Assembly: GCA_000002435.2 (NCBI GenBank)
Contig: CM018790.1
Strand: one strand, 5' to 3'
DNA length: 64,000 nucleotides
Source of the DNA: Giardia intestinalis
Taxonomy: Eukaryota
The notes beneath the pieces are model-generated. The model was not told where the DNA came from. It did not search any database and saw only the letters and a program-made list of their open reading frames with translations. The translations under genes and the position numbers were made by a program. Every line of letters begins with the position of its first letter. Position 1 is the first letter of the stretch. Shown piece after piece: positions 28,868-40,033 of this stretch.

Positions 28868-29722
28868 TCAACCATTTATGGTCCAACCGTTCTCATCGAC
28901 CGTCTTCTTCGCAGCAGACCTTCTTGACGCGAAGGACGATAGCTGTGGTGGTTGGTACGTTCGTTTCTGCTGGGCTGGCTGGTAACTAGAAATGCAGGAA
29001 GTCCCGGAGCGCATGCTGCCAAGGTCTCCAGACAGACCCTTTTGGCGGAATGCCAGATCAAGGTCTGGAGGTTTTGAAAATGCAACTGGAAGAGACGCTT
29101 TACCAGAGTCTCGAAAGTTAAGAAGTGGAGCACTCGTGGATGCATTATCAACGGATGCACCATCAGACATAGCAAACCTTGCTCTATCCAGTGTAGAAGA
29201 ACCGTGGTCAGCTGCCCCCATGTTCTCCCTGGAAAACCCGGACGTTCCTGCGCGAGAGTCGGCAGTTCGAAAGACAAAGTCACCAGCTCCCGCCCCCTGA
29301 AGCATATCCCTCGTCAGCTCGGTAGGAGGGTAGTGATTATTGTATCTTGATTCGTATAGCACACGAACCTTAATAGGGGGGTCGTCCTCTCCATGTTCCT
29401 CGTCATAGTATTCTCCGTCCAAGGAGACGATAAAAGCAAGATCGTCCGGTGTCTGAACTTCCACACAGAATCCATTGTGTTCTTCGAGCTTCACGATAGA
29501 GATTCCAGAATCTGTCAAAAAACTTCGAAAGTCTTCGCAGGTTAGCTGAGAAAGATTATAGATCTTCGCCTTGTAGGGCGGGTTAGCTGGGATCTCATTG
29601 TTTTTATAACTTGTACGTTCGGCCCAGCCCTCAGGTTGCATGCCATCGGAACGCACTCTCTCCTCGGAGACAATATCGATAATCTTGTCCCCAGATTCTA
29701 AATTCCTGCACAAGTCATCCAT
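28868..29722 (-). CDS. hypothetical protein
   Basis: 284-aa ORF with an ATG start. Structured N-terminal ~140 aa followed by a Ser/Gly-rich tail. No family recognised. Confidence 0.5.
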   Translation of the reverse strand: MDDLCRNLESGDKIIDIVSEERVRSDGMQPEGWAERTSYKNNEIPANPPYKAKIYNLSQLTCEDFRSFLTDSGISIVKLEEHNGFCVEVQTPDDLAFIVSLDGEYYDEEHGEDDPPIKVRVLYESRYNNHYPPTELTRDMLQGAGAGDFVFRTADSRAGTSGFSRENMGAADHGSSTLDRARFAMSDGASVDNASTSAPLLNFRDSGKASLPVAFSKPPDLDLAFRQKGLSGDLGSMRSGTSCISSYQPAQQKRTYQPPQLSSFASRRSAAKKTVDENGWTING

Positions 29723-29866
29723 GAGGGCGAGCGCTAACGGAATAGGGTAGTTTTTAATGGAGACAAACAGATTTAATTACGCATATAATATCGAAATTTC
29801 ATCTTTCTGTCCCAAAAAGAGGCACATCGAGCACTAGTTTACCGATCGCTAGAGCCCGTACCGCGG

Positions 29867-30946
29867 ATGGACATAGAAGAGCTACGCAGTGAGGATGTTG
29901 TTAGGAAACTCAAGGAGTCTGAGGCTCTCGTTCTATACCTCCGCACGGTTGTCGAGTCCAAAGACGACAAGATTGCCCACTTGGAGCAGGAAATGCGGCT
30001 GGCTGCGTCTCGCCACTCTGACGCTCTCACGAACCTGGGCGAAATCCACGATGCAGCCATCGTGACCTTGAAAAATGAGATCAGTCAACTTCACGACACC
30101 ATTGAGCGAATGAATGGTGAGATGGAGGTCATGCAAGTAGCTGCACGGGAAAATTCCCTCTTGCGGGCACAGATTGTCCGGCTCAAGAATGATGCTGCCG
30201 TGGAAGTGAAAACGCATCAAGACAAAATGCATGAACTCCGTAGTGAGATTAGTCGCGTTAGGGCTAGTTTGGCAACAGAGTTTCACACCCAGCTGGAAAG
30301 TGTGTTGAGGGAGAAGACGGCCGAGCACCTTATGGCATTGCCTGTGAAGGCTCGAGAGGCCTTGGCCGAGAAAGAACTGCTGCGCTTTCAGTTGGCTAAT
30401 CAGGATAAAGAAATTTTTGAGATCTGTACCGAGTCATTTAATCTACGGAAGCAGTTGAAGGACAAAGAGTTTGAACTAGAGACTCTCAAGGAAGAGATTC
30501 AGGCGTTTAGCAAAAGCAATGCTCAACAGAAGAAAAAGTTTCAGGCGCAGCAGAAGCGGATGAATGAAATTTTGGAGGAAAACTCAGATCTCCGTGGGCA
30601 AAGTACCGCTCTGCAGGTCACAGCGAAACAATTACAAGATGCTAACACTAAGCTTGACGTTAGCCTAAGGGAACTTCAAGAAATGAAACTCCGATACTCA
30701 CTGCTGATGAAGGGGATGCTCAAGGTCTGCCACCGCTTTTCTGTTTCTGTCGACATGTTTTATTCTGACCCGTTTGAATCAGCTGCTGCGCAGATTGATG
30801 TACCAGCCCAAAAACCGCAATCCAAAAGGTCTTCTGGTTATGGAGAACCAGGTGCTAGACCCAAACCACCAGCAGATATACGTGATAAGTCTGGTCGCCT
30901 GCGAAAGGCTGACGGATCGCTGCGATTTATCCTTCCAGAAATATAG
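29867..30946 (+). CDS. coiled-coil hypothetical protein (359 aa)
   Basis: Heptad-rich almost throughout (EQEMRLAASRHSDALTNLGEIHDAAIVTLKNEISQLHDTIERMNGEMEVMQVAARENSLLRAQIVRLKND...). ATG start confirmed at 29867. Confidence 0.55.
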   Translation: MDIEELRSEDVVRKLKESEALVLYLRTVVESKDDKIAHLEQEMRLAASRHSDALTNLGEIHDAAIVTLKNEISQLHDTIERMNGEMEVMQVAARENSLLRAQIVRLKNDAAVEVKTHQDKMHELRSEISRVRASLATEFHTQLESVLREKTAEHLMALPVKAREALAEKELLRFQLANQDKEIFEICTESFNLRKQLKDKEFELETLKEEIQAFSKSNAQQKKKFQAQQKRMNEILEENSDLRGQSTALQVTAKQLQDANTKLDVSLRELQEMKLRYSLLMKGMLKVCHRFSVSVDMFYSDPFESAAAQIDVPAQKPQSKRSSGYGEPGARPKPPADIRDKSGRLRKADGSLRFILPEI

Positions 30947-31711
30947 GGGCTTCCTGACTATGCTTTTTGTATTCTTTTACGCAACCAGAGCCGCAGTTAT
31001 AAATGCTAGCATCTGGTGCGTTGTCAAGGTTGGTTCTTTGAGCCTTTTGCTCAGAACTAAGATTAGATAAAGAATGGCGATACTGCCTGTGTTCTAAGGC
31101 TGAGCAAAGTGGAATGACCTCCAATTCGTTCAGCCCAAGCTCTGTAACTCTCTTTCACAGGAACCACGCTTGGATATTTTTAATATGCATTAAGCTCCAT
31201 CCTCAGCACTCCTCACTGTCTTCTTTGGAACTAGACTCAAAAGAGCAGAGAGCACATCTAGGTCCTGGCAGCCAGATCACCTTTCGTACTAAACATCCTA
31301 CTTACGTCTCTCTCCTAAGTCGGGGCACTTCGAGGTTATCGATGGAATTCTACTCCCCTGGGGAGGTCTTAATAACTCCTCCGTATATCTTTTACTAAGT
31401 TTTTTCCATTTTTCAATCTTGATTGAGTTATTTTAAGATTGCTTTTTGAAAACTTTAAACATATTGCATCACCTCAATTCACTGGTTTACGGTACATTAC
31501 TCAAGCATGCAACACCTGCCGTCTTGCTTCTATACCTCTTATCCCCATATTAGGGAAATTAATTGTAAATGAAGCAAAGATGTGTCTGCATTCTGCATAA
31601 GAGCTGCTCACGTGCTGCGATGTCAGGTTGTTACCACAGTTGCTCCTTTGCGTTTCAGATGGAGATTTGGCCTAACGATGAAAAATTGCACTTATTTCTC
31701 TCCCTCTCTTG

Positions 31712-34700
31712 ATGCCAAAATCTCGTAAAGAGCGCATGGAGGCGCGTATATTGCGCATGAAACAGAATAGAGAGCGTCAGGGAGAGTACATAGCCCAGAT
31801 GAATGCCATCAAACTCACTGACGAGCAGAAGGCCTTAATGAAGTCGACAAAGCATTTCGGACAAAAGCCAGCCAAAAAAGACCAGCTCCGTGAAGACTTA
31901 ACCCGGGAGCGCGTCGGTCTAAAACCTATACATATGCATTTATATCGAGAGGTCGTCGTGGATGACAATCTCTTTTGTGAGACTTCTCTTACCCTGCCCA
32001 ACTCTTTATCCAATACACTGTCTGAGCCACTTGATAACGTTAACATTAGGGAGCCTGCACCTAAACTAGGTCCTGAACTACACAACTCAGAACCAGAACC
32101 AGATGCAAATGCAAATGCAGAATTAGAAGCAAGCAATCAACAGGCACATGCGACCAAGGTAGTGTATGATGCTCAAGGAGATGTTGTTGAGATTGAAGGG
32201 CTGCCAGCAGATCTTTACCCAGAGCTCATTATAGACTCCTTGTTGCACAACGACGACGTTGCCTTCCCCCGCTTTTCTAGAGTCGATACTATTGAAGCCG
32301 AGCGAGCAAATCTGCCCTCTTTTGGCATGCAGTATTCTTTTCTCGAGCTACTGGGGAAGACAGATGTCCTGTTGATCAAGGGCTCGACTGGCTCTGGAAA
32401 ATCGACCCAGATACCTCAGTTTCTTCTAGAGGGTGGATACTCATCTCTTGCATATCCTTATATGATGGCTGGAGCTTCCTGTCTTAAGCCCCAAAGGGAC
32501 GCGCGGTATGGCTATGGGGGAAAGATTGTTGTGACCCAGCCACGACGCATTGCAGCTATTGGTGTAAGCAGTCGCATTGCAGAGGAGCTTGGACAAGCTG
32601 TTGGGGACACTGCAGGCTATGTTATCAAGCAAAACAGTCGTGTCGACAACGGCGGAAAAGACAGCACCAGAGTGGTATTTGTAACAGAGGGTGTTTTACT
32701 CAAGATGATAGAGGCAGATTTTTTGGTGTCTGACACGTCTATCATCATACTGGACGAAGCCCATGAGCGCACCATTAACCTAGATCTGCTTATAGGATTA
32801 TTAGGAAGGATATGTGCTGCCAGACGATCTCTCTTTAACAACTGGTTGGCGAAATATAAAGATTTAATTCTCAATCTAACTTCCCAGTACACTAACTTCT
32901 GCTCTGAGCCTAACTCACAGAAATCTAGAAATGGAAGGGTGTTTGGGGACGTTGGAGGGGGAGATGCCCTGGCTGCACAGCGATATTATGAAAAGGATAG
33001 GGACGCAGAACAAGAAGAGCAGGATGAAGATGAAGATGAGGATGACGAAGGGGAGAATGAAGAAGACGAAGAAGATAGCGAAGATCCAGATACTAGTAAT
33101 GAATCTATATCATGTCGTGAGACAACTGACTTGTCAAAGCTTACATTCCAGCGCTCTCGGTCGTTCTTTCAAGCAGCATTCTCGGAAAAGGAGGACCTAT
33201 CGCTGCCTGAGTACTTTGACTCAAAAGAATATACCACCCTTTTGAAAGAGTTCGCTGTGCTGTGCCGTGATCCGCCTCCAGCAACGCCACTAAAACTTAT
33301 AATCATGTCTGCCACGCTCCATCAAAAGGAGCTTTTAGAAAACGATGCACTGTTTCATTGCAAACCGTTAGTATTCGAGATCCCTATGCGTACATATCCT
33401 GTTGCCATTCACTACGAAATTGCGACAGAGCCCAATTATGTGCAAGCTGCAATCGACAAGGCGATTACGATACACAAATACTATGATCCAGGGTCAATAC
33501 TCATATTCCTAAGTGGAAAGAGAGAAATAGAGAGGTGCATAGATGGCCTTAACAGTAACTTGCTCCATAAAGGCACGCACGTGGAGAAGAAACACAATGA
33601 TAAAGCGCTGCGTAAACACCTCCATGACAAGCGTGCGTACAGAGACACTTTTGATAATACCATATTCGACCCAGTACAAGATGTAAGTGATGACGACGGA
33701 GAAGAAGGATATGAGTCTAATCCTGTACTAAGAATGCTCCAGGACTACGCTAACGAGGTCAAGGGAGAAGCACGACGAAACGAGCTAGAGGCCGCAGACC
33801 GATCTGTAGAGCCTTCACAACCTCTAACGCAAAACAGCCCAGCGTTCACGACTAACGACGCCATCTTCAACACATATAACACCGTGCTAACTTCAAATAA
33901 GATATCCAGCACAGGTCAGCAACAGGATGAACAAGAGGTTGAGCAGTTGATAAAAGAGTTTAAGGAATGCGAGGCGCAAAGGCACACAGGAGTCGTCAAG
34001 GCTGCACCTCCAGAACCTATAATCTTGCCGCTCTATGGAACCCTTGATATTGTCGAACAGTCTCGAATATTCTCTAAAGAATACCAAGACAAGGCTAAGC
34101 ACCGTCTTATTATTGTGTCTACAAACGTGGCAGAAGCGTCAATCACTATCCCCAACATTCGATATGTAGTGGACGCTGGCAAGGCAAAGGAGAAACAAGA
34201 GTACAATGCAGTTACCGCCCTCACTGTGCAGTTCATTTCAAAGGCAAATGCGGACCAGCGTGCTGGACGAGCTGGGAGAACAGCGCCAGGTCACTGCTTC
34301 CGGCTGTATTCTCCTGGCTTGTTTCAACGAATGCACGACTTTCCTGTTCCAGAGATCCTGCGCTTGCCTATAACAGGGCTTATTCTTGCAATGCTGAAAC
34401 TAGGGGCGTCAGATGTTCGGTCCTTCCCGTTTGTGACCCACCCAGGACCTGACAGACTTGACAAGGCACTTGCAGAGCTCGTAGTGCTGGATGCTATTCG
34501 AGAAAGGTCGGGGACCACGACCCTTATCGATCTGTACACCGGATCCTTCATCTCTACGGATAAAGAGAGTGGCACTAACACAAAGACCACCAAAACAAAC
34601 TATGCTCTTTCAAAGTTGGGCAACTTAATGGCTGCAATTCCCCTTTGTCCGAGGATGAGCAAGCTAGTCGTCAAGTCAGTGTTGTACTTCCACAAACAGC

Positions 34701-36148
34701 CCACAGCCCACGGGTCCTCATTTCTCATATATGCCGTTCTTCTTGCTAGTGGCTACTACAGTCAGCTGTCCACGATTGCGCCCATTCGCTGGCCCGTCAC
34801 AAGCGGCAGTGGGGATGCCCTCTCAAAGCTATTCACCATCTGTGCTCTTCTTTGCTTCAAGGATAAGCACTCTGCGTCGCGCTTTTGTAAGGAGTACTGT
34901 CTGCGCTATGACGAAGCGCATCAGGTACTTACCACCGCCATACAGATCTTCAATATCATTAATATCCCCCCATTCGATGATCTTTTCAAACAAGTGTATG
35001 CGCAGGCTCCCAATAAGGAGGTGATAATGTCGACTATAAAGGTGACAACGCCGGCCACATTTACCCCGGAGCTTAGAATGGTCATCAATTGGCTTCTGAT
35101 GCAGTCCTTTCCAGACCAGCTTGCATTCAGAGAATCCACAGACAGCGGGAAATATATCTTTCAAGGTGTGTCGGCCCGTGAACTCCTGAAAACGCCTAGT
35201 GAATACAGGGACCTGCAAGCGGTCGACAAGATACAGGGGAGTAACCGGTTCAACTTGACAACCCAGCAGGTAGACTTGTTCTTACAGTATAAGCCTTACA
35301 CAAACACTGGGGCCCTTTCTCACACGTCAGACATCTATTGCTGTGCTGATTCCATCCAGTCACTGCCACCTTGTGTCTTGTACACATCGGCTAGAGTAGA
35401 ACTCTACGTCAATAAGACGCTAGAGATGTCTGCGACCAACATTGAAGAAATCAAGAAGGCCCTTCGTATCTCTGTCCACTTGGAGGGCGTTGTGGAGGTT
35501 AGCAAAGCACTCCTCTGCCAAACACAGGACTTTCTGATCAGTCCGTGCTTCACTATGATGGAGCAAACCAAGCAGCGCTACGACAGACAAAAAGACATGC
35601 TGGTTGGGGAGTCCATGCTGCATTATGTGGGACTACCGTTGGTGGATGGGAGTAGCGAAGAGCCAGCTTTCTCCATGGGGTCCGTTCTTGTCGGATCTTG
35701 TACAGAGCTCTATCCGGGACGAAAGTACATTGATGAGCAACTGGAGGCAAAGATGTCCCCATGCATCCTGAGTACACTACTAAGATCTATCTATCACAGG
35801 AGGTTCCTGGCTGCAATTCTGGCAGGAGATATACTACCAGATCTTAAGTGCATCAGCGAAAAGGTCTCTGTGGCAATGAGGGATCTTTCAAATCCCCGCT
35901 GTAGGAAGTCCTCTAGAGAACTGGATATTGCTCTCCTCAACATACAGGAGTGTGAAGCTTACTCCAGGACTGGAATCATAAAGTATTATGAGGCACGCTG
36001 CGCAGGCCTGGACCAAAAACAACAGGAAGAACTAATAGGAAATGACCGCCTAACGACGAGCATCTCCCGCTGCTACAGGGCTGACTATAGCAAGGCATTT
36101 GTAGCCATTTGGAAGAGAAATGTTCAATTTATATTAAATGAAACCTGA
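31712..36148 (+). CDS. DEAH-box ATP-dependent RNA helicase, DHX37/Dhr1 (Ecm16)-like
   Basis: Helicase motifs present: motif I LLIKGSTGSGKSTQIPQFLLE, motif II IILDEAHERT, motif III MSATL, motif V IVSTNVAEASITIPNIRYVVDAGKAKEK, motif VI QRAGRAGRTAPGHCFRLYS. The following ...RLPITGLILAMLKLGASDVRSFPFVTHP closely tracks DHX37 (…QMKALNVEKVINFPFPTPP). A Lys-rich stretch and a long acidic insertion (EEQDEDEDEDDEGENEEDEEDSEDPD) fall in the DHX37-typical position. The track start is an alternative TTG at 31709; the first ATG is at ~31712. Confidence 0.8.
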   Translation: MPKSRKERMEARILRMKQNRERQGEYIAQMNAIKLTDEQKALMKSTKHFGQKPAKKDQLREDLTRERVGLKPIHMHLYREVVVDDNLFCETSLTLPNSLSNTLSEPLDNVNIREPAPKLGPELHNSEPEPDANANAELEASNQQAHATKVVYDAQGDVVEIEGLPADLYPELIIDSLLHNDDVAFPRFSRVDTIEAERANLPSFGMQYSFLELLGKTDVLLIKGSTGSGKSTQIPQFLLEGGYSSLAYPYMMAGASCLKPQRDARYGYGGKIVVTQPRRIAAIGVSSRIAEELGQAVGDTAGYVIKQNSRVDNGGKDSTRVVFVTEGVLLKMIEADFLVSDTSIIILDEAHERTINLDLLIGLLGRICAARRSLFNNWLAKYKDLILNLTSQYTNFCSEPNSQKSRNGRVFGDVGGGDALAAQRYYEKDRDAEQEEQDEDEDEDDEGENEEDEEDSEDPDTSNESISCRETTDLSKLTFQRSRSFFQAAFSEKEDLSLPEYFDSKEYTTLLKEFAVLCRDPPPATPLKLIIMSATLHQKELLENDALFHCKPLVFEIPMRTYPVAIHYEIATEPNYVQAAIDKAITIHKYYDPGSILIFLSGKREIERCIDGLNSNLLHKGTHVEKKHNDKALRKHLHDKRAYRDTFDNTIFDPVQDVSDDDGEEGYESNPVLRMLQDYANEVKGEARRNELEAADRSVEPSQPLTQNSPAFTTNDAIFNTYNTVLTSNKISSTGQQQDEQEVEQLIKEFKECEAQRHTGVVKAAPPEPIILPLYGTLDIVEQSRIFSKEYQDKAKHRLIIVSTNVAEASITIPNIRYVVDAGKAKEKQEYNAVTALTVQFISKANADQRAGRAGRTAPGHCFRLYSPGLFQRMHDFPVPEILRLPITGLILAMLKLGASDVRSFPFVTHPGPDRLDKALAELVVLDAIRERSGTTTLIDLYTGSFISTDKESGTNTKTTKTNYALSKLGNLMAAIPLCPRMSKLVVKSVLYFHKQPTAHGSSFLIYAVLLASGYYSQLSTIAPIRWPVTSGSGDALSKLFTICALLCFKDKHSASRFCKEYCLRYDEAHQVLTTAIQIFNIINIPPFDDLFKQVYAQAPNKEVIMSTIKVTTPATFTPELRMVINWLLMQSFPDQLAFRESTDSGKYIFQGVSARELLKTPSEYRDLQAVDKIQGSNRFNLTTQQVDLFLQYKPYTNTGALSHTSDIYCCADSIQSLPPCVLYTSARVELYVNKTLEMSATNIEEIKKALRISVHLEGVVEVSKALLCQTQDFLISPCFTMMEQTKQRYDRQKDMLVGESMLHYVGLPLVDGSSEEPAFSMGSVLVGSCTELYPGRKYIDEQLEAKMSPCILSTLLRSIYHRRFLAAILAGDILPDLKCISEKVSVAMRDLSNPRCRKSSRELDIALLNIQECEAYSRTGIIKYYEARCAGLDQKQQEELIGNDRLTTSISRCYRADYSKAFVAIWKRNVQFILNET

Positions 36149-36464
36149 GCGAATTAAATGTTACCGCAGGCACAGGGGAACACGAATGAGATAAGCCTCA
36201 GAGCTCCAGAAGGCGGCCGTAACATGGTCCTAGCTAAGCCTGACTTCAGTAATGCGCCGCAGACTGACGTGAAAAACCGTATAAGGTGTTTCCTAGATCG
36301 TGCTCGTGCTCTTCCAGAGTGTGCACCCAACGCTTCGGAGCCTATTGTGTTGGACAGTAACAGTGATTATTCGGGCGGTGAGCATGATGGGTCCCTTGGA
36401 GTGATCATGGATGTAATAGAAATAGGTCCCGCAGAATCACGGGAGAGGATTGAAGGCGGAGAAG

Positions 36465-39400
36465 CTACATGAGCCCAAAGCCTTCGCAGCACTCGATGGC
36501 GCAGAGAAGCCTGTTCATGAGTGTTTCCTTTGAGCTGTAAGAAGGCAGACAAAGTATGTTAAAACAGGTATGGGCACCAGGCAATCGAGAGTCATCATCT
36601 CCATTTGGAATTATTTTAAGTCCTATGTTCTGCACGCCGCCAGCTGGCACCCTGTCGGAGCCGGTGATGAAGCGAAGGAGCCGCCGCTGCTGCTCTTGAG
36701 TCAGCTCTGCAACAATCCTCCAGAAGTTCTTTATATTAGGATGAGAGCTAGAATATGGGTTCTCGTAAGCTGTGAACGGCTCTAGAAGAGAGAAGTTCAG
36801 GTCTACTTCTCCGGTCAATGCCAGGTCCAGGTCAGACGCTGTGAACATGGCTAACGAGCGTGCCTTAGCCATACTAAGGAAGCCCGATCGGATGAATTCA
36901 AATATCTTTTTATTATATATCGTTGCAATTTGTTTGAGACGAATAAATAATGGTAAGGTTCGCAGATTGACCGGCAAAAGCTCTATATCATAAGGGGCTG
37001 TCAAGATATGGTGTCTATCTTTGACCAGCTCCTTAAGCTGCCACAGGATAGAGTTGGGAGGAAAACTATTAGAACAGAGAAAATCGCCGAAGTGTGAGAT
37101 TGTACGAACGCTGACAGTCCGGTTCATGGATACCAGTTCTTCGCTGACGATTTCTGTTAAGATGGCTCCGAGACCGACAAAAGTGAGAATAGGGTCACTA
37201 GACTCTTGTAAATTGACAGTCAACTGTGAGTCTTCGTTGTGAGCGTGTTTCCAGAGATTAGTGAGCGAGAAATACAGCTCCTCATCAACATCGTGCAAAT
37301 CCTCTCGTGTAATTACTGTGTAAGAGTGCCCTAGTAAAAGCTTGAAGAAGATAGGAGGAAATATTGAGGAAACGGTAGCGCCACTCACAAGCGAGATCCC
37401 CAACATGGCCCCAAGCTGGCAAAAGAGATTACGTAGATCATAGAGATAGCGTTCCTGAGTTGGTGACAGTGCATACTTCTCCGTAGTAAGAAAGTATGGG
37501 TCGTGGTTGGTACAATCTCTGATGCGCTGCCAATTAATATAATAGTATTGTGTCTCTGAATTAAACGTGAAATAGCCCTTGTGGTCAGTAATGAATGCTG
37601 GGAGCAAGTCATTGAATAGCTCTCGAGACGGGCCGCCAAAGTCTACGGCCGCCTCTCCCGAGAACTGAACTCTGATGGGTCTTCTAAGCAGAAGCCGGTG
37701 GACCGGGGAGAGCCACTCGTAAGATAGTTCTTCAGCTGCAAAGGACATGAAATACGCCAGGAAGTCTCCTGCAAGGGTCTTCCTCTCAGCGTTGATGCAG
37801 AGGAACGGGGATTGCCTCGAGCAGCGAATCATATACCCCAGTTCATACAACAAGATATTCAGCTTCGTCTGAGGATTCAGTAGAAACGGATATGAGCAGA
37901 AGGTGAAGAGTTTGGAAATAGCATGCTTATTTGTTTCCACTTCGCCGACTTTACCTACTATATTTTGATCAGCGTGTCTCGGTATGGCCAAGTGCAGCAT
38001 GTCTAGCATTCTTTCGTGGTTAGAATTGTAGATAGATGCAACAGTATCCGTAGTTGCGGTATTGCGAGGTACACTGATAATCGATCCTTCCACCAGACGA
38101 AAGGAACTTGTTTTGCGCTGAACAGGAGCGCTCGGCTTACGTAGCTTGTAGTAGCATCTAGGGCCTAAATATTGCTGCAGACGGGAAATCTCATATCCCA
38201 ACAGCTGGTCTAGAAGAGCTTCATCTAGGTCGAGGCTCGCAGTGACTATGTCCTCGTTGACATCCTGCAACGCTGTTCTTAACTCTTGAGGTATCAAGCT
38301 TTCTAATTGCAAATAAGCTTTGCTGGCCCTCAAAAAGTAGTTGTCTGGGTCGAACAATATTGCAAGGCATTGAGCATCGATTCTCCAATCGTAGGACGGT
38401 GATGATAGGAACTTATTGTGGAAGAGATCATTTGGAATAATTGGAACCATGTCCAGGCGCTGCACATCATCAGTAGCTCCTGCTAAGAATATTGTTTGCT
38501 GCAAGTTAGGTGGTAGAAGAAAAGATAGTGCGTCTGCTATAGATCTGAGATTACCATCGTTTAGGCACTGATGCTGTTGAGATATCCGTTCATAGATTTG
38601 TGGAGAGAGTTGGTTGTAGTTCAAGAGGCTCTTCAGTTGATTAGCTATTTCAGAATTAGCCAGTTGTGGAGTGGAATAACTGATTTCGAACAGCACCTGC
38701 GGTGCGATAAATGGAAACGTATAGCTTGTGAAGTTGTTGGACACGTAGAGTAACCTAGAAAGCTCACAAAGAGAACTCAGTGTGTGGTTAAAGTCCAGGA
38801 TGTCCACGAGAGTAAGCCTGTTGACATCATACGTATACTTTGACTGAGAATTCTCAGACCAAAATATCGGATCGTTAATCGGATAAACGATGCAGTGCTC
38901 CGCTCCAATTATTCTAGTGAACTGCCTAGGCTGGTCAAAACTATACACGTGGGCATTCCTGATAGGAGCACTGGGCTTTTGTTGAAGAATTCTTTCTAAG
39001 GTATTATTAATTGCAGCATTAGATAGGCGAACTAATGTGGTCAGTATGTGTACTGAAGTGTCTAGAGGAAGCGTGTTAAGAAAGGCACGCATCTTAATGC
39101 AAAGACGTAGACGTATGCCTGTATTTTCTTGCAGCGCTAAAAGGACGCTAGCTATTGAGTCTAAAAGGTGTGAACTAAGATTGAAGTAGCGTTCTGTCGA
39201 GAAGAGAAGCAGAAGAAGCATAAAAACATGCGCATCGGAACAGAAAAGAGACGGCTTGACGGCAATTGTTGCGAGAGCAGATTTGAAAAGGTCACCAAGC
39301 TTATTCATGAAGGCCAGTATGGGGAGCGGATCCTCACACTTATCATACTGCAAAAGAATTATCTCTTGAAAGAGTGTATAATTAAGATAGGCGTCGTGGA

Positions 39401-39941
39401 ACGTGGCGCAATTGTCCAGCAAAAAGTGCACGACTCCATCAGGACTGCCGCATCCGTGACACAGAGAAGTAACCAGATTAGCTAGCGCATCAAGGCTAAA
39501 AAACCTTCCCAGCACTTGCTTGTTATATGTCAAGAGCTTAGGCATATATTGCTCTAGAAATGCCCTATTAGAAGAGGACGGGTCCTGGAAGTTAACATGC
39601 CAAATAAGATGATTGAGCGGCCTGGCTGAATAGACGGTTGCAGAGAAGATGTCTGGATCGTCAAGATTGCGGACAACATGCATGACTCCTCTTTGCCACA
39701 TAAGCAGAATATGGCGGATAGACGGCTTGCATATGATGGAAGAACCGTGCGACCCAAGAAGCTCCTTCGCCAGATGCACTGTATCTTGAGGTGTCCACCC
39801 TTCTCCTCTGTGTCCACCATAGCTAAATCCAGAGGATGAAGCGCAATAGGAGTTGCTGCACTCTGCACTGCCACAGCCCTTCAGCAGCTGGACAGACAGG
39901 ATCGCCACCTCCATCGACGTAGGGGTGTGCTTGGCTTTCAT
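36465..39941 (-). CDS. HECT-domain E3 ubiquitin-protein ligase
   Basis: C-terminal HECT domain: ...VDFGGPSRELFNDLL... ending LPGAHTCFNILCLPSYSSKETLMNRLLCAIECCEGFGLM, with the catalytic Cys in the 'HTCFN' context. The long N-terminal region has no recognised domains. Confidence 0.8.
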   Translation of the reverse strand: MKAKHTPTSMEVAILSVQLLKGCGSAECSNSYCASSSGFSYGGHRGEGWTPQDTVHLAKELLGSHGSSIICKPSIRHILLMWQRGVMHVVRNLDDPDIFSATVYSARPLNHLIWHVNFQDPSSSNRAFLEQYMPKLLTYNKQVLGRFFSLDALANLVTSLCHGCGSPDGVVHFLLDNCATFHDAYLNYTLFQEIILLQYDKCEDPLPILAFMNKLGDLFKSALATIAVKPSLFCSDAHVFMLLLLLFSTERYFNLSSHLLDSIASVLLALQENTGIRLRLCIKMRAFLNTLPLDTSVHILTTLVRLSNAAINNTLERILQQKPSAPIRNAHVYSFDQPRQFTRIIGAEHCIVYPINDPIFWSENSQSKYTYDVNRLTLVDILDFNHTLSSLCELSRLLYVSNNFTSYTFPFIAPQVLFEISYSTPQLANSEIANQLKSLLNYNQLSPQIYERISQQHQCLNDGNLRSIADALSFLLPPNLQQTIFLAGATDDVQRLDMVPIIPNDLFHNKFLSSPSYDWRIDAQCLAILFDPDNYFLRASKAYLQLESLIPQELRTALQDVNEDIVTASLDLDEALLDQLLGYEISRLQQYLGPRCYYKLRKPSAPVQRKTSSFRLVEGSIISVPRNTATTDTVASIYNSNHERMLDMLHLAIPRHADQNIVGKVGEVETNKHAISKLFTFCSYPFLLNPQTKLNILLYELGYMIRCSRQSPFLCINAERKTLAGDFLAYFMSFAAEELSYEWLSPVHRLLLRRPIRVQFSGEAAVDFGGPSRELFNDLLPAFITDHKGYFTFNSETQYYYINWQRIRDCTNHDPYFLTTEKYALSPTQERYLYDLRNLFCQLGAMLGISLVSGATVSSIFPPIFFKLLLGHSYTVITREDLHDVDEELYFSLTNLWKHAHNEDSQLTVNLQESSDPILTFVGLGAILTEIVSEELVSMNRTVSVRTISHFGDFLCSNSFPPNSILWQLKELVKDRHHILTAPYDIELLPVNLRTLPLFIRLKQIATIYNKKIFEFIRSGFLSMAKARSLAMFTASDLDLALTGEVDLNFSLLEPFTAYENPYSSSHPNIKNFWRIVAELTQEQQRRLLRFITGSDRVPAGGVQNIGLKIIPNGDDDSRLPGAHTCFNILCLPSYSSKETLMNRLLCAIECCEGFGLM

Positions 39942-40033
39942 GCGCAGATTATTTTTTGAAATTGCTCGTGATCTATTACATAGTTACTGCGGATTGCTCG
40001 GGAGTACAAAAGATTTAAACTGCCAGAAAGTGT

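Noticed and set aside
36158-36472. 104-aa ORF in the convergent gap between the DHX37 and HECT genes
   Set aside because: Possible small protein, but the region is where both genes' 3' UTRs and polyA signals must lie and there is no homology signal. It is left as unsupported rather than called.
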